Positions 9,226 through 18,447 are shown, counted from the stretch's first letter. The stretch: DNA of 64,000 bases from an uncultured Clostridia bacterium (GCA_965151315.1 CBCTZG010000002.1:25817-89816), one strand, 5' to 3'. Notes: generated from the sequence alone by a model not told the origin. Translations and numbers: made by a program.

Positions 9226-10047
9226 ATGGATAACAGAAGCATTGGGGTTTTTGACTCGGGCTTGGGCGGCCTGACGGCCGTCCGGGAGATCATGGCCCGG
9301 CTGCCTGGGGAGAACATCGTATATTTTGGGGATACCGGGCGGGTGCCTTATGGTACCCGGGGCGCGGATACCATTATCAAGTATGCGCATCAGGATATTC
9401 GTTTTCTGGAAAGCTTTGGCGTAAAGCTGATCGTCATTGCCTGCGGCACCGTCAGCGCTGTGGCCCTGCCGGCGCTGCAGGCGGAGTATCAGACGCCGTT
9501 AGTCGGCGTTGTAGACGCCACGGCCCGGGCGGCGGCAAAGGCGACCCGGAATCAAAGGATCGGGATCATTGGTACGCAAAGCACGATTAAAAGCGACGCC
9601 TACGCCAAGGCACTGGGCGCGATTGCACCAGAGGCAAAAACATATTCAAAAGCTTGTCCGCTGTTTGTGCCGCTGGTTGAAAACGGGCATTGGGAAACGC
9701 CGGTTGCCCGGCTGGTAGCGGAGGAATATCTGGCGGAGCTGCGGGAGCAGGATGTGGATACGCTGATTTTAGGCTGTACCCATTATCCCCATTTGAAAAA
9801 AACTATTGCGGAGGTGATGGGCCCGGCTGTGCGGCTCATTGAACCCGGGGTGGAGCTGGCTAAGTTTTTAGAACAGGCGTTGGCGGAGCAGGGACTGCAT
9901 TCCCAGACGGCAGGCCCGGCGCAATATCAGTATTTTGTCAGCGATACGCCGGAGGGTTTTGAGGCGCTTGGATCCTTATTCCTGAACCGGGATATTCATG
10001 GTAAGGTGAAAAAAATTGACATTGAAAAGTACGAAAAAAAATGCTAA
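9226..10047 (+). CDS. murI: Glutamate racemase
   Basis: 'IGVFDSGLGGLT', 'IACGTVSA' and 'LGCTHYP' are the catalytic cysteine motifs. The start is taken at MDNRSIG. Confidence 0.92.
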   Translation: MDNRSIGVFDSGLGGLTAVREIMARLPGENIVYFGDTGRVPYGTRGADTIIKYAHQDIRFLESFGVKLIVIACGTVSAVALPALQAEYQTPLVGVVDATARAAAKATRNQRIGIIGTQSTIKSDAYAKALGAIAPEAKTYSKACPLFVPLVENGHWETPVARLVAEEYLAELREQDVDTLILGCTHYPHLKKTIAEVMGPAVRLIEPGVELAKFLEQALAEQGLHSQTAGPAQYQYFVSDTPEGFEALGSLFLNRDIHGKVKKIDIEKYEKKC

Positions 10048-10462
10048 AATACATATATGCAATATCCAATCTGCCGGTGAGGACAGGGATCGGATCGAAT
10101 TATCAACAGAAGGCACCTTTTACCGGCGGGGAGAAAGCTTTTATCTTCTGTACCAGGAGCCAGATCCGGAAACGGGGCTTTGGGGAGATTCGATCCTGTT
10201 AAAGGTGGTGGATGGTACAGTCGTTATGAAACGGATCGGCGGTGTTTCCTCGGAAATGCGTTTTAAACCCGGGAAAACGGAGAATTGCTGTTACCGAATG
10301 CCCTACGGGAGTCTGGAAATAACATTGGACTGCCGGCGGGCGGCAGTAGAGCTCAACGACCAGGGCGGATGGATCCAGTTAGATTACATACTAAAGATCG
10401 GCAGCGGAATATACCAAAACGATCTGACGATTCAGGTGGAAGCCGGAAAGGACGACGTATGA
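10016..10462 (+). CDS. DUF1934-like small beta-barrel protein
   Basis: The pattern 'IELSTEGTFYRRGESFYLLYQE...' and ~145 aa size resemble YwiB/DUF1934. It has a TTG start inside the murI 3' end, and its stop overlaps the next ATG (ATGA). Confidence 0.55.
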   Translation: MTLKSTKKNAKIHICNIQSAGEDRDRIELSTEGTFYRRGESFYLLYQEPDPETGLWGDSILLKVVDGTVVMKRIGGVSSEMRFKPGKTENCCYRMPYGSLEITLDCRRAAVELNDQGGWIQLDYILKIGSGIYQNDLTIQVEAGKDDV

Positions 10463-11904
10463 AAAGAAAAAAATTGTCAGCATTGATTCTGGCTGGCGCG
10501 TTGCTTTTGCAAACGACGGCGCTGGCAAAGCCGGAGGAACAGCCCAGCCCGGAATATAATTATTTTCAAACCATGCTGGAATATGCGGCGGAGCTGTATA
10601 TTGATGAATCGGTCACTTCAGACCAGTTGATGGAAAAGGCGATTTCTAAGCTGTTGGAGGAGCATCCGGAGCTGGTGGAAGAAGCCCTGAAATACGGTTT
10701 TGGCAGCCTGGATGAATACAGCGAGTTTTATACAGCGGAGGAATACTATCAGTTTCTGAATAATATTAACCACACCTTTTATGGGATTGGCGTGATCATC
10801 CAGAAAATTGGCGATTACACAACGGTGGTGCGCTGCCTGGAGGATGGCGGCGGCGCAAAGGCCGGGGTGCAGGAGGGCGACCAGATCGTCAGCGTGGACG
10901 GCCAGAGCGCGGTTGGGAAAACGATCGACGAGGTCCAGAACATGATCCTGGGCGAGCCGGATACAGATGTGGTGATTGAATTCCTGCGGGACGGGCAGAC
11001 GGTAACCCTGACCATCCGGCGGCAGCAGGTGGAGTCGGAAACAGTGGGCATGACGATCCTGCCGGGGAATATCGCCTACATACAGATTATCAATTTCGCT
11101 ATGAATACAGACAAGGAATTCAGCCAGAAGCTGCAGGAACTGGACGAAAAAGGGATTACCAATATTATTTTGGACCTGCGGGACAACCCGGGCGGCTATT
11201 TGGAGTCTGCGGTTAATGCGGCGAAAATGATCGTGCCTGCGGGCATTATTGTGCAGACTATATACCGGCAGGAGGAGAATAACGAAACGTTTTATTCCGA
11301 CCTGCAGGATCCCAAATATAAATTTGCGGTTTTAGTCAACCAGAATACGGCCAGCGCCGCGGAGATTTTGTCCGGCGCCCTGCAGGATTCCGGCGTGGGG
11401 ACCTTGATCGGGGAAACCACCTATGGAAAGGCGGTGATCCAGAGTATGTTCCAGTTGGGGGACGGCCGCGGGTTTAAGCTGACCACCGGACATTATCTGA
11501 CCCGGGACGGCCACGAGATTAACCATGTAGGGATCGATCCGGACGAATATGTGATCAATGTTACCCAAAATATTGATACCGCCCAGTTCCAGCCCTTTGA
11601 CTACATCACCAAGTGGTCAGTGGGGCAAAGCGGCGCCGCTGTACAGGGGGCTAAGGAGCGGCTGAAAGTTTTAGGCCTCTATACAGGGGAGATTAACGAT
11701 CAGTTTGACGCGGAGCTGGAACAGGCAGTAACACAGTTCCAGGCGGATGTGTATCTGTATCCCTACGGTGTGCTGGATATTTCTACCCAGCTCCGGCTGG
11801 AAAACATATTTGATGAAATCGAGGCAGAAGCGGATAAGCAGATGAAGGCGGCATACGAATTCTTTGGCGGCGACCCCGCGGATATTGGGTTGGATTGGTT
11901 TTGA
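10459..11904 (+). CDS. S41 C-terminal processing peptidase with PDZ and a C-terminal peptidoglycan-binding-like domain
   Basis: Signal peptide 'MKRKKLSALILAGALLL', PDZ 'GAKAGVQEGDQIVSVDG', 'ILDLRDNPGGYL', 'NQNTASAAEILSGALQD', and a tail 'GAAVQGAKERLKVLGLYTGEINDQFD...'. The start is taken at 10459. Confidence 0.88.
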   Translation: MKRKKLSALILAGALLLQTTALAKPEEQPSPEYNYFQTMLEYAAELYIDESVTSDQLMEKAISKLLEEHPELVEEALKYGFGSLDEYSEFYTAEEYYQFLNNINHTFYGIGVIIQKIGDYTTVVRCLEDGGGAKAGVQEGDQIVSVDGQSAVGKTIDEVQNMILGEPDTDVVIEFLRDGQTVTLTIRRQQVESETVGMTILPGNIAYIQIINFAMNTDKEFSQKLQELDEKGITNIILDLRDNPGGYLESAVNAAKMIVPAGIIVQTIYRQEENNETFYSDLQDPKYKFAVLVNQNTASAAEILSGALQDSGVGTLIGETTYGKAVIQSMFQLGDGRGFKLTTGHYLTRDGHEINHVGIDPDEYVINVTQNIDTAQFQPFDYITKWSVGQSGAAVQGAKERLKVLGLYTGEINDQFDAELEQAVTQFQADVYLYPYGVLDISTQLRLENIFDEIEAEADKQMKAAYEFFGGDPADIGLDWF

Positions 11905-11940
11905 TCTTGCAGGATGGCCATGATTTGGTGGCAATGAAAA

Positions 11941-11985
11941 GCAAAACAAAAGAGATGCAGCAAGCCTGTATCTCTTTTGTTTTGC
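11941..11985. terminator. Bidirectional hairpin between convergent genes
   Basis: Perfect 16-bp stem GCAAAACAAAAGAGAT / ATCTCTTTTGTTTTGC (11941-11956 / 11970-11985) with a 13-nt loop. Confidence 0.7.
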
Positions 11986-12003
11986 GCATGTCTATTTTCC
12001 GCG

Positions 12004-12201
12004 TCAGTCTGTTACGGTAAAGATCTCTTCGATCGAAACATCAAAGACCTTTGCGATATTCCAAGCCAAAACCAGGGATGGGTTATATTTCCCTTTTTCC
12101 AAATTGCCGATGGTTTCACGGCGGACCCCTACTAGCTTTGCCAAATCCTCTTGTTTCATATCGTGCTTTGCCCGGAGCTCCTTTAATCGGTTTTTAATCA
12201 T
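12004..12201 (-). CDS. XRE-family helix-turn-helix transcriptional regulator (65 aa)
   Basis: '[48 protein letters not shown]' is a classic HTH_3 pattern. Confidence 0.85.
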   Translation of the reverse strand: MIKNRLKELRAKHDMKQEDLAKLVGVRRETIGNLEKGKYNPSLVLAWNIAKVFDVSIEEIFTVTD

Positions 12202-12556
12202 TTTCTACTCCTTTTTGTTCATTCCATTCTAAAACAGCAAGCGTGATTGTGAAAGCCAGCACGGTGACAGCAAAACCCAAGCTAAAGGCCAACGGCACTG
12301 CCTTATTGACGCCGTAAAGACAGGAACAGATAAACATGAATGGGATCAGGGAAAGCATTTCCGCCAGGAAGGCAAAGGTTGACGCTTTCTGGATATTGAA
12401 CCGGAAGGACTCGTCGGGGATGACCCAAAAGTACCGGAGATAATAAATAAAGCCTAAAAATCCAAATAATCCAGGGGTATCCGTAATCCATCCTAAGATT
12501 GCGATCAGTGACAAAAGCGATAAAAAACCTAAATAATTGATCTGTTTCTTCATCAT
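12194..12556 (-). CDS. Small multi-pass membrane protein (DUF3796-like), co-operonic with the XRE regulator
   Basis: 3-4 hydrophobic segments. It overlaps the HTH gene by 8 nt. GGAGG lies 5 nt upstream of the ATG at 12556. The family name is from memory only. Confidence 0.6.
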   Translation of the reverse strand: MMKKQINYLGFLSLLSLIAILGWITDTPGLFGFLGFIYYLRYFWVIPDESFRFNIQKASTFAFLAEMLSLIPFMFICSCLYGVNKAVPLAFSLGFAVTVLAFTITLAVLEWNEQKGVEND

Positions 12557-12591
12557 TATAACCTCCAAATTGTGATGTATTTCGCTCTTAA

Positions 12592-12607
12592 TGATATAAA
12601 TATATCA
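12592..12607. promoter_or_regulatory. Inverted repeat TGATATA-AA-TATATCA overlapping the -10 box; candidate XRE operator
   Basis: The arms at 12592-12598 and 12601-12607 are exact reverse complements. Confidence 0.4.
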
Positions 12608-12627
12608 CATAAATAAGCCAATGTCAA
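12599..12627 (-). promoter_or_regulatory. Putative promoter of the membrane-protein/XRE operon
   Basis: On the minus strand: TTGACA (12627-12622), 17-nt spacer, TATATT (12604-12599). Confidence 0.5.
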
Positions 12628-12673
12628 GGGAAAATTTCAAAATTTTTCAACAGGATCAATAAATCTTTTAAAC

Positions 12674-12707
12674 AATAAAAATCAGCAGGCTTTAAAAGAG
12701 CCTGCTG
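12674..12707 (-). terminator. Rho-independent terminator after the L,D-transpeptidase gene
   Basis: Stem CAGCAGGC/GCCTGCTG (12683-12690 / 12700-12707), followed on the minus strand by ATTTTTATT. Confidence 0.7.
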
Positions 12708-12712
12708 AAACG

Positions 12713-14149
12713 CTATTCTGTAATATAAATTTTTGTGTATAAGGGAACATTGTTAACCAGCCAGTTCATGTCGTCGGGATGTACCCGGACGCAGCCATGG
12801 GAAATCATCATGCCCAGCCGGCCGTCGGCGGTAGAGCCGTCATAGCGCAGAAGGGTGCTGTGAATGGCATATCCCCGATAGAACCGCATAATGGGGCCTA
12901 CATAGTAGGTGGGATAGCTCCAGCGGGATTCTCGGGAAAAATATTCATACTGCCCGGTAATGGTAGGCGTTGCGGGGGCGCCGATGGAACACTTGATGGT
13001 GCGGATACAGTTCCAGTTATTGGTGGTGCCGTGGAACACGCTGACCGTGTAGTTGCTTTTGGATATCCAGATCATATAGTCTGTCTGACTGGAAATATTC
13101 CGGGCATTGACAAATTTGCTGGCCGCGGCATTCCGGGGCAGGGTAATATAAATATTGATCGCGTCGCCGTCCTCGTGGGCTGTCAAGGTACAGCCTAAAT
13201 TCTGCGCTGCAAACCGCAGTGGTATGTAGGTTTCGCCGCCAATTTTCCGGGTTTTGGTTTCGGCCTGCACCAAATTGCCGTTTACCAGCACATCCTGGGA
13301 ATCCAGGAAAAAGACCAGCTGATTTCCGTTGGCATCAATCTGGATCCGGCCTACATCCTCGTTATACTGAATGTTATAAACCGAAACCCCCAGCTTGACC
13401 ATCAGCTCATACAGCGGTGCGATGGTATAGTTATCCCGGATTTTAATACGCCCGGTCATGGTCTGGCGGGTAAGCTCCACCCATAAATTGACCTGCCGGT
13501 CAAAATCAGGCGTGGCGGTTAGGATAAAGCGGTTGCCCACGCCGGTGTCCTCCGGCGTCAGGGGCAGATAGGCAAAGGTGGAAAGGGGGATGTACTGGCC
13601 CATCTGATATTCGGTGTCACAGTAGCGGACAGATTTTAAACCGCTGATGGGCATCAGGTAAAACACCTCACCGGTATAATACTCCGGCACTAAAAAGACC
13701 AGCGTATGGGTCACATTTGTCTGGGTCACGTCAATTTTCTGGGCGCTTAGGAACACCTTGTCCTTTGTGTAGATCCCGAATACAGCTCCGTCTGGAATCA
13801 AATTGGGCACATCGGCAATATCAATGTCGATGACCAGGTAGTTTGCCTTGAGTCCGTCAGGCTCCGGCGTGGGCTCTGGGGTGGGGACGGGCGTTTCCGC
13901 CGGCGCTTGCGTGGGCTGCGCGTCTTCAGCAGATTCCGCAGGCGGCTCTGTGGACGCCGGGGCTGTGGAGCTTGGATCTGCCGCTTCCGGCGCGGCGGTT
14001 ACTGCAGGGGAAATATCGGATTCGACTGCGGCGGCCGTGGGCTCGGGGGTGGCTGCCGGCGCCGGATCCTCAGCCAGTGCGGGGACGGATAACATCCCCG
14101 CCATCCAGACGATGGCCATGAACAGTGCGGTTTTTCTAAAATAATGCAT
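12713..14149 (-). CDS. Secreted L,D-transpeptidase (YkuD domain) with a P/A/T/E-rich linker and a Cu-amine-oxidase-N-like domain
   Basis: Signal peptide 'MHYFRKTALFMAIVWMAGMLSVPALA'. Catalytic 'ISHGCVRVHPDDMNWL'. The middle segment is 'LVNGNLVQAETKTRKIGGETYIPLRFAAQNLGC'. Confidence 0.85.
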   Translation of the reverse strand: MHYFRKTALFMAIVWMAGMLSVPALAEDPAPAATPEPTAAAVESDISPAVTAAPEAADPSSTAPASTEPPAESAEDAQPTQAPAETPVPTPEPTPEPDGLKANYLVIDIDIADVPNLIPDGAVFGIYTKDKVFLSAQKIDVTQTNVTHTLVFLVPEYYTGEVFYLMPISGLKSVRYCDTEYQMGQYIPLSTFAYLPLTPEDTGVGNRFILTATPDFDRQVNLWVELTRQTMTGRIKIRDNYTIAPLYELMVKLGVSVYNIQYNEDVGRIQIDANGNQLVFFLDSQDVLVNGNLVQAETKTRKIGGETYIPLRFAAQNLGCTLTAHEDGDAINIYITLPRNAAASKFVNARNISSQTDYMIWISKSNYTVSVFHGTTNNWNCIRTIKCSIGAPATPTITGQYEYFSRESRWSYPTYYVGPIMRFYRGYAIHSTLLRYDGSTADGRLGMMISHGCVRVHPDDMNWLVNNVPLYTKIYITE

Positions 14150-14179
14150 ATACTCTCCTCCTATTGTTCTCTTGTCTCC

Positions 14180-14208
14180 AGTATATCATAACTTGTCCCA
14201 GGAATCAA
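14180..14208 (-). promoter_or_regulatory. Putative promoter of the L,D-transpeptidase gene
   Basis: On the minus strand: TTGATT (14208-14203), 17-nt spacer, TATACT (14185-14180), preceded by TGA (extended -10). Confidence 0.4.
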
Positions 14209-14254
14209 TGATAACTTCTGTCGAAACCTGGAAGATTTTTGGAGGAAAGGGGAA

Positions 14255-14283
14255 TTTACAAACGGAGAAAGCTATGGTATAAT
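14255..14283 (+). promoter_or_regulatory. Putative promoter of ppa
   Basis: TTTACA (14255-14260), 17-nt spacer, TATAAT (14278-14283). Confidence 0.45.
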
Positions 14284-14332
14284 GAAGCAAACAGGTTCAC
14301 AAGAAAATACTGGAAGAAAGGAAGCGGATACA

Positions 14333-14863
14333 ATGACAAATATATGGCATGATATCAGCCCCAAGCGGATCTCCCCAGGAGATTTTATGGCCTGTATCGA
14401 AATCCCCAAGGGCGGAAAGAATAAATATGAAATGGACAAGGAAACGGGGCTTTTATGCCTGGACAGAGTGCTGTATACATCGACCCATTATCCGGCGAAT
14501 TATGGGTTTATTCCACGGACATATGCCTCGGATAACGACCCCTTGGACGTACTGGTATTGTGCCAGGAATCTATTGTGCCTATGACGCTGGTCCGGTGTT
14601 ATCCCATTGGGGTAGTCAAGATGATCGATAACGAACAGGAGGATGAAAAGATTATCGCTATCCCATTTAATGATCCATCACTGACTGTATATTCGGATAT
14701 TACCCAGCTGCCCAAGCATACCTTTGATGAAATTTCCCACTTTTTCCGGGTCTATAAGTCGCTGGAGGGGAAGGAAACCGTTGTCAATGAGATGCAGGGC
14801 GCGGAAGCGGCCATGGAAATCATCGCCAAAAGCATTGACCGCTATAAGGATTGCTATTGCTGA
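14333..14863 (+). CDS. ppa: Family I inorganic pyrophosphatase
   Basis: 'IEIPKGGKNKYEMDKETG', 'YPANYGFIPRTYASDNDPLDVLVL' and 'DEKIIAIP' are typical. The start is taken at MTNIWHD. Confidence 0.92.
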   Translation: MTNIWHDISPKRISPGDFMACIEIPKGGKNKYEMDKETGLLCLDRVLYTSTHYPANYGFIPRTYASDNDPLDVLVLCQESIVPMTLVRCYPIGVVKMIDNEQEDEKIIAIPFNDPSLTVYSDITQLPKHTFDEISHFFRVYKSLEGKETVVNEMQGAEAAMEIIAKSIDRYKDCYC

Positions 14864-14880
14864 GAAGAGGGGAACGGAGT

Positions 14881-15816
14881 ATGATTCTAAGCGCGAGCCG
14901 GCGGACAGATATCCCGGCGTTTTATCCCCAATGGCTGATGAACCGCCTGCGGGCCGGGGAAGTGCTGGTGCCGGCGGTACGTAATCCCCGGCAATACCGG
15001 CGGATTGTTCTGTCGCCGGAGGTAATCGACTGTATTGTATTTTGGACGAAAAATCCCATGCCGCTGATGCCGGCTTTGCCGGTCATCCAGGACATGGGAT
15101 ATCCGTTTTATATACAGTTTACCCTGACGGGCTATGGAAAAGATATCGAACCTGGCCTGCCGGATAAGGCGGAGCTGGCCGGGGCCTTAATAGAATTGGG
15201 GAAAACCTTTGGCCCCCAGGCAGTGGTGTGGCGGTATGATCCTATCTTGATTGACGAATACCACACGGCAGTATGGCATATTCAGAAGTTCCAGGATTTG
15301 TGCGGCCGTCTGGCGGGATATACCGACCGATGCGTGATCAGCTTTATCGACCTATACGCCAAGCTAAAGGGCCGGTTCCGGGCGTTGACGCAGCCGGAAA
15401 TCACCATGTTGGCCGCCGCCTTTTCCGATGCGACCGCCGCCTGTGGGTTACCCTTGTATACCTGTGCGGAAGAAGTGGATTTGTCCAGCTTTGGCATCCG
15501 GCATGGTGCTTGTATAGACCCGGATTTGGCGCAGTGGGCCGCAGGCGTCCCCCTGCGGCTCAGAAAAGAGCCGGGCCGGGCCGTGTGCCACTGTGCGCAG
15601 AGCGTCGATATTGGCGTATATAATACTTGCGGCCATGGCTGCGCCTACTGCTACGCCAACCAGGACGGCCGCCGGGCCGCCGCCTATGCCCGCCAGCTTG
15701 ACCCTGCGGCGCCGTCGATTGCCGGCTGGCCTGGGGAAGCGGATGTGATTGTAGAAAAGCCAATGGCGACCTGCCGCCGGGCCCAGAAATCTATTTTTGA
15801 CCCAGATGAAGGATGA
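14881..15816 (+). CDS. DUF1848-family protein with a C-terminal CX3CX2C cluster motif
   Basis: The N-terminus 'MILSASRRTDIPAFYPQWLMNRL' is characteristic of DUF1848. Near the C-terminus is 'YNTCGHGCAYCYAN'. Confidence 0.75.
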   Translation: MILSASRRTDIPAFYPQWLMNRLRAGEVLVPAVRNPRQYRRIVLSPEVIDCIVFWTKNPMPLMPALPVIQDMGYPFYIQFTLTGYGKDIEPGLPDKAELAGALIELGKTFGPQAVVWRYDPILIDEYHTAVWHIQKFQDLCGRLAGYTDRCVISFIDLYAKLKGRFRALTQPEITMLAAAFSDATAACGLPLYTCAEEVDLSSFGIRHGACIDPDLAQWAAGVPLRLRKEPGRAVCHCAQSVDIGVYNTCGHGCAYCYANQDGRRAAAYARQLDPAAPSIAGWPGEADVIVEKPMATCRRAQKSIFDPDEG

Positions 15817-18337
15817 TCCGATCCCGGATCGTCCTTTTTTCGAACCGGGCGGTATGGCTGGTCCAGGTCATAGCCAGCGGCTGGCCGTCAGCCTCTCCGG
15901 CATGGACCGTATCCGCAAAAGGCAGCCGGACGGCGCTGATTTCCAGGCTGCCGCCCATAATCCGGATTGTTACGGCGGACGGGGTGATTTCCACAGTGCC
16001 CCAGCCGCTGCCCAGGCTCCAGAAACACTGGAAGCGGTCAGTCTTGATAACCGGGTTAAAACCGATCTCGCCCTGGGGCATATGGAAGTAAAAACCGGAA
16101 AAAATGGGCAGCAGCGCGAAGCTGGCCATGGAGCGGGCATAATTATTGCCGCATTCGATTTCATTCCAAGGATTGCGGTTTTTACCGTTATACCGGTCCC
16201 GGACGCCCCGGACGATATGTAAGCCCTCTTCGATGAAGCCCTCGCTGATCAAAAGCCCTGCCAGCTGGTATTCAAAGCCGTGCATGGTTTCCTCGCAGTA
16301 GGGAACAGGGATGGCGGGCTTCTTTGCCCCCTGCGGATAATCACAGATCACCGCGCCCTTTTCATCATTGACGGCGAAGATCCGCCAGGGATTCACAAAC
16401 TCCCGCATGGACGGCTTGAAGTGGTTTTTATACATGTTTTCCAGCGCGGTTTGAACCTGACTGGGGTCAAACAAATCCCCAAGGCCTAAAATATTAGCGT
16501 GCCACTGGGCGCAGAGCTGATCAATGCTGGAGCCTTCGCCGATCTGGTATTTGATCTCGCCGGTTTCTGTGTTCCAGTATGTATCCGCGCAGCCAAACCG
16601 GTCAACAATGGATTTATCGGTTAAGTCAATTTTATGGATAAAATATTGGCCGTTAAAGAGGTTTTCCTGGGTATATCGCCGGCCGTTTTCATATAACGCC
16701 TGATATTCGGCCTTGGCTTGGGTATCCCCTAGGGCGTCCGCCATTTCGCCGGCAGCCTGCAGGGCGGCTAAATAGAAGCCTTCCAGCCAGGCCGAGGGGC
16801 CGAACAGCTCTACGTCCAGGGTATGGTGCTGGCGGCCTTCTAAGACCCCGTCCTTGTCCCTGTCCCAGTCCATTGGGTTTTCCGGGCTCCAGGCGTAGGC
16901 TAAAATTTTCTTTACGGATTCCCAGTGCCCTTTAAGCCAGGCGGTATCGCCGGAAATTTTCCACTCCCGGTAGGTCTTAATAACACTGCCCATCTGCCCG
17001 TCCAGGCAGGCAAAGCCGTCGTGGGCCCGCTTGCCCAGGGGGAGCTTTTGGCGGAAATCCATTTTCCCGTTGCCGTCAGTGGCGTAGGTATACTCCAGAT
17101 CCCGGATGGAGCGTTCTAATTGCGGGAACAGGAAGCAAAGGGCATAGGCGTAGTTCCAGACGTGCTGGCAGGTGCCCTCGCAGGATCCGGATGTCTCGTT
17201 GACGCCTTCCCAGCCGTAAAAGGCTCCGTCCTCCAGCCGAAGCACTGTGGGGGATTTTAAAACGGCAAGATTACTCCCCGCCGCATCCAGCACCGCCGGA
17301 TCCAAGGTGCTTGCGTACAGCGCCTGCCGGAAAGCGTCGGTTTTTGCGTACAGCATATCCCAGTTTTTCAGGGCATACAGGGCGCTGGCCGCAGAATCCG
17401 CAAACAGCGTGGCGTAATAATTCCGCCAGGTGACGTCCCTGCCGTCTTGGTCTTTGACAGGCGTCCAGTAGTTATAGTTATTCGGGATATTCCAAGACAG
17501 GACAAAGGGAATCCTCTTCGTGCCGTGGGCAGGGACGGTTACCTGGCCGGCAATGGAGCAGGTGTCGTTTTTCCCGGGGGTGTCATAGTGCCGGCGGCTG
17601 AGTCCGGCCGGGCTGGTGAGTTCCCGCCAGAAGCTGACGATATTGTCCTGCCAGATGCCCCGGTACCAATATTCCTGGACGGCAGCCCCCGCCAGGCCGC
17701 AGGCCACGGTCAGATCCCCATAGGCCGGGTCACCGGGGTCTATGCCGTGATGCGCAAGCTGCACCATGGAAAACCCATCCTTGCATAGGCCTGTATTTAC
17801 GGTAGAAGCAAAGGGGTTTTGCACAGAGAACACCGCCGTATAATCAACGGTTTTGTCAGTTGTATTTTCAAAAACCACCTCAAAAAAGGCGGCGGGGATA
17901 CTGGAATCCCGATCGTTTAAGGGAATCATAGGATTAAAAGCCAGGAGCTTTACCGTCCCTGGAAAGTGGGGGTCTTGAAAAGTCAGCTCAGCAATGGGGA
18001 ACTGACCGGAAAACGTGCAGCTTTGGAAATGGGGAAAGCCCGCCATCGTTTCCTTTGCGGGCCCAAAGCCGAAGCCGGTATACTCCGTTTTGCTGTGCAT
18101 GCCCGTCAGGTTGGTGGCCAGATCCCCGTTTAAAACCCGTATGTCGGTTTCGCCGGAAGCCTTTGCAGCCTTGACGGCAAAGTGGGAATATCCGTTCATC
18201 CCGCCTTTGTTAGGCCGGTTAAAAATTTCCCAATCAATAAGCCGGCCGTTGCCGGCCAAGCCGATACAGCCGCTGCCAATCCCGCCCAGGGGGAAAGAAA
18301 TTTCATTTTGATATGCCTGCGTATATTCCATAGCCAT
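15791..18337 (-). CDS. GH116-family (GBA2-type) beta-glucosidase/glucosylceramidase
   Basis: 'FPLGGIGSGCIGLAGNGRLIDWEIFNRPNKG' is the N-terminal GBA2 motif, followed by a large (alpha/alpha)6-type C-terminal part. AGGAGG lies 3 nt upstream of the ATG at 18337. Confidence 0.85.
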   Translation of the reverse strand: MAMEYTQAYQNEISFPLGGIGSGCIGLAGNGRLIDWEIFNRPNKGGMNGYSHFAVKAAKASGETDIRVLNGDLATNLTGMHSKTEYTGFGFGPAKETMAGFPHFQSCTFSGQFPIAELTFQDPHFPGTVKLLAFNPMIPLNDRDSSIPAAFFEVVFENTTDKTVDYTAVFSVQNPFASTVNTGLCKDGFSMVQLAHHGIDPGDPAYGDLTVACGLAGAAVQEYWYRGIWQDNIVSFWRELTSPAGLSRRHYDTPGKNDTCSIAGQVTVPAHGTKRIPFVLSWNIPNNYNYWTPVKDQDGRDVTWRNYYATLFADSAASALYALKNWDMLYAKTDAFRQALYASTLDPAVLDAAGSNLAVLKSPTVLRLEDGAFYGWEGVNETSGSCEGTCQHVWNYAYALCFLFPQLERSIRDLEYTYATDGNGKMDFRQKLPLGKRAHDGFACLDGQMGSVIKTYREWKISGDTAWLKGHWESVKKILAYAWSPENPMDWDRDKDGVLEGRQHHTLDVELFGPSAWLEGFYLAALQAAGEMADALGDTQAKAEYQALYENGRRYTQENLFNGQYFIHKIDLTDKSIVDRFGCADTYWNTETGEIKYQIGEGSSIDQLCAQWHANILGLGDLFDPSQVQTALENMYKNHFKPSMREFVNPWRIFAVNDEKGAVICDYPQGAKKPAIPVPYCEETMHGFEYQLAGLLISEGFIEEGLHIVRGVRDRYNGKNRNPWNEIECGNNYARSMASFALLPIFSGFYFHMPQGEIGFNPVIKTDRFQCFWSLGSGWGTVEITPSAVTIRIMGGSLEISAVRLPFADTVHAGEADGQPLAMTWTSHTARFEKRTIRDRIILHLGQK

Positions 18338-18361
18338 ATACCTCCTGTTTAAACTGCCTTT

Positions 18362-18390
18362 AGCATAGCTGGAAATCCATGCTTTGTCAA
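18362..18390 (-). promoter_or_regulatory. Putative promoter of the GH116 gene
   Basis: On the minus strand: TTGACA (18390-18385), 17-nt spacer, TATGCT (18367-18362). Confidence 0.45.
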
Positions 18391-18447
18391 GGGGAAACGG
18401 ATGACTTTTTTTCAAAATCTATTGCATTTTTTCCCATTTCCAGCTAT
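18365..18447. repeat. Perfect 12-bp inverted repeat (ATAGCTGGAAAT ... ATTTCCAGCTAT) occupying both divergent promoters
   Basis: The arms lie at 18365-18376 and 18436-18447, 59 nt apart. Each spans the spacer end and the first three bases of a -10 box. Confidence 0.8.

Noticed and set aside
10285-10458. A 58-codon N-terminal extension of the S41 peptidase ORF. Similar upstream extensions occur at 7034-7099 (rluD), 9178-9225 (murI), 14282-14332 (ppa), 14851-14880, 18338-18415, 18401-18469, 29609-29653, 33575-33631, 42438-42455, 43854-43886 and 54580-54672.
   Set aside because: Each extension overlaps the preceding gene or an intergenic promoter and lacks an RBS. It precedes an internal Met that has a good Shine-Dalgarno sequence and the family-typical N-terminus or signal peptide.
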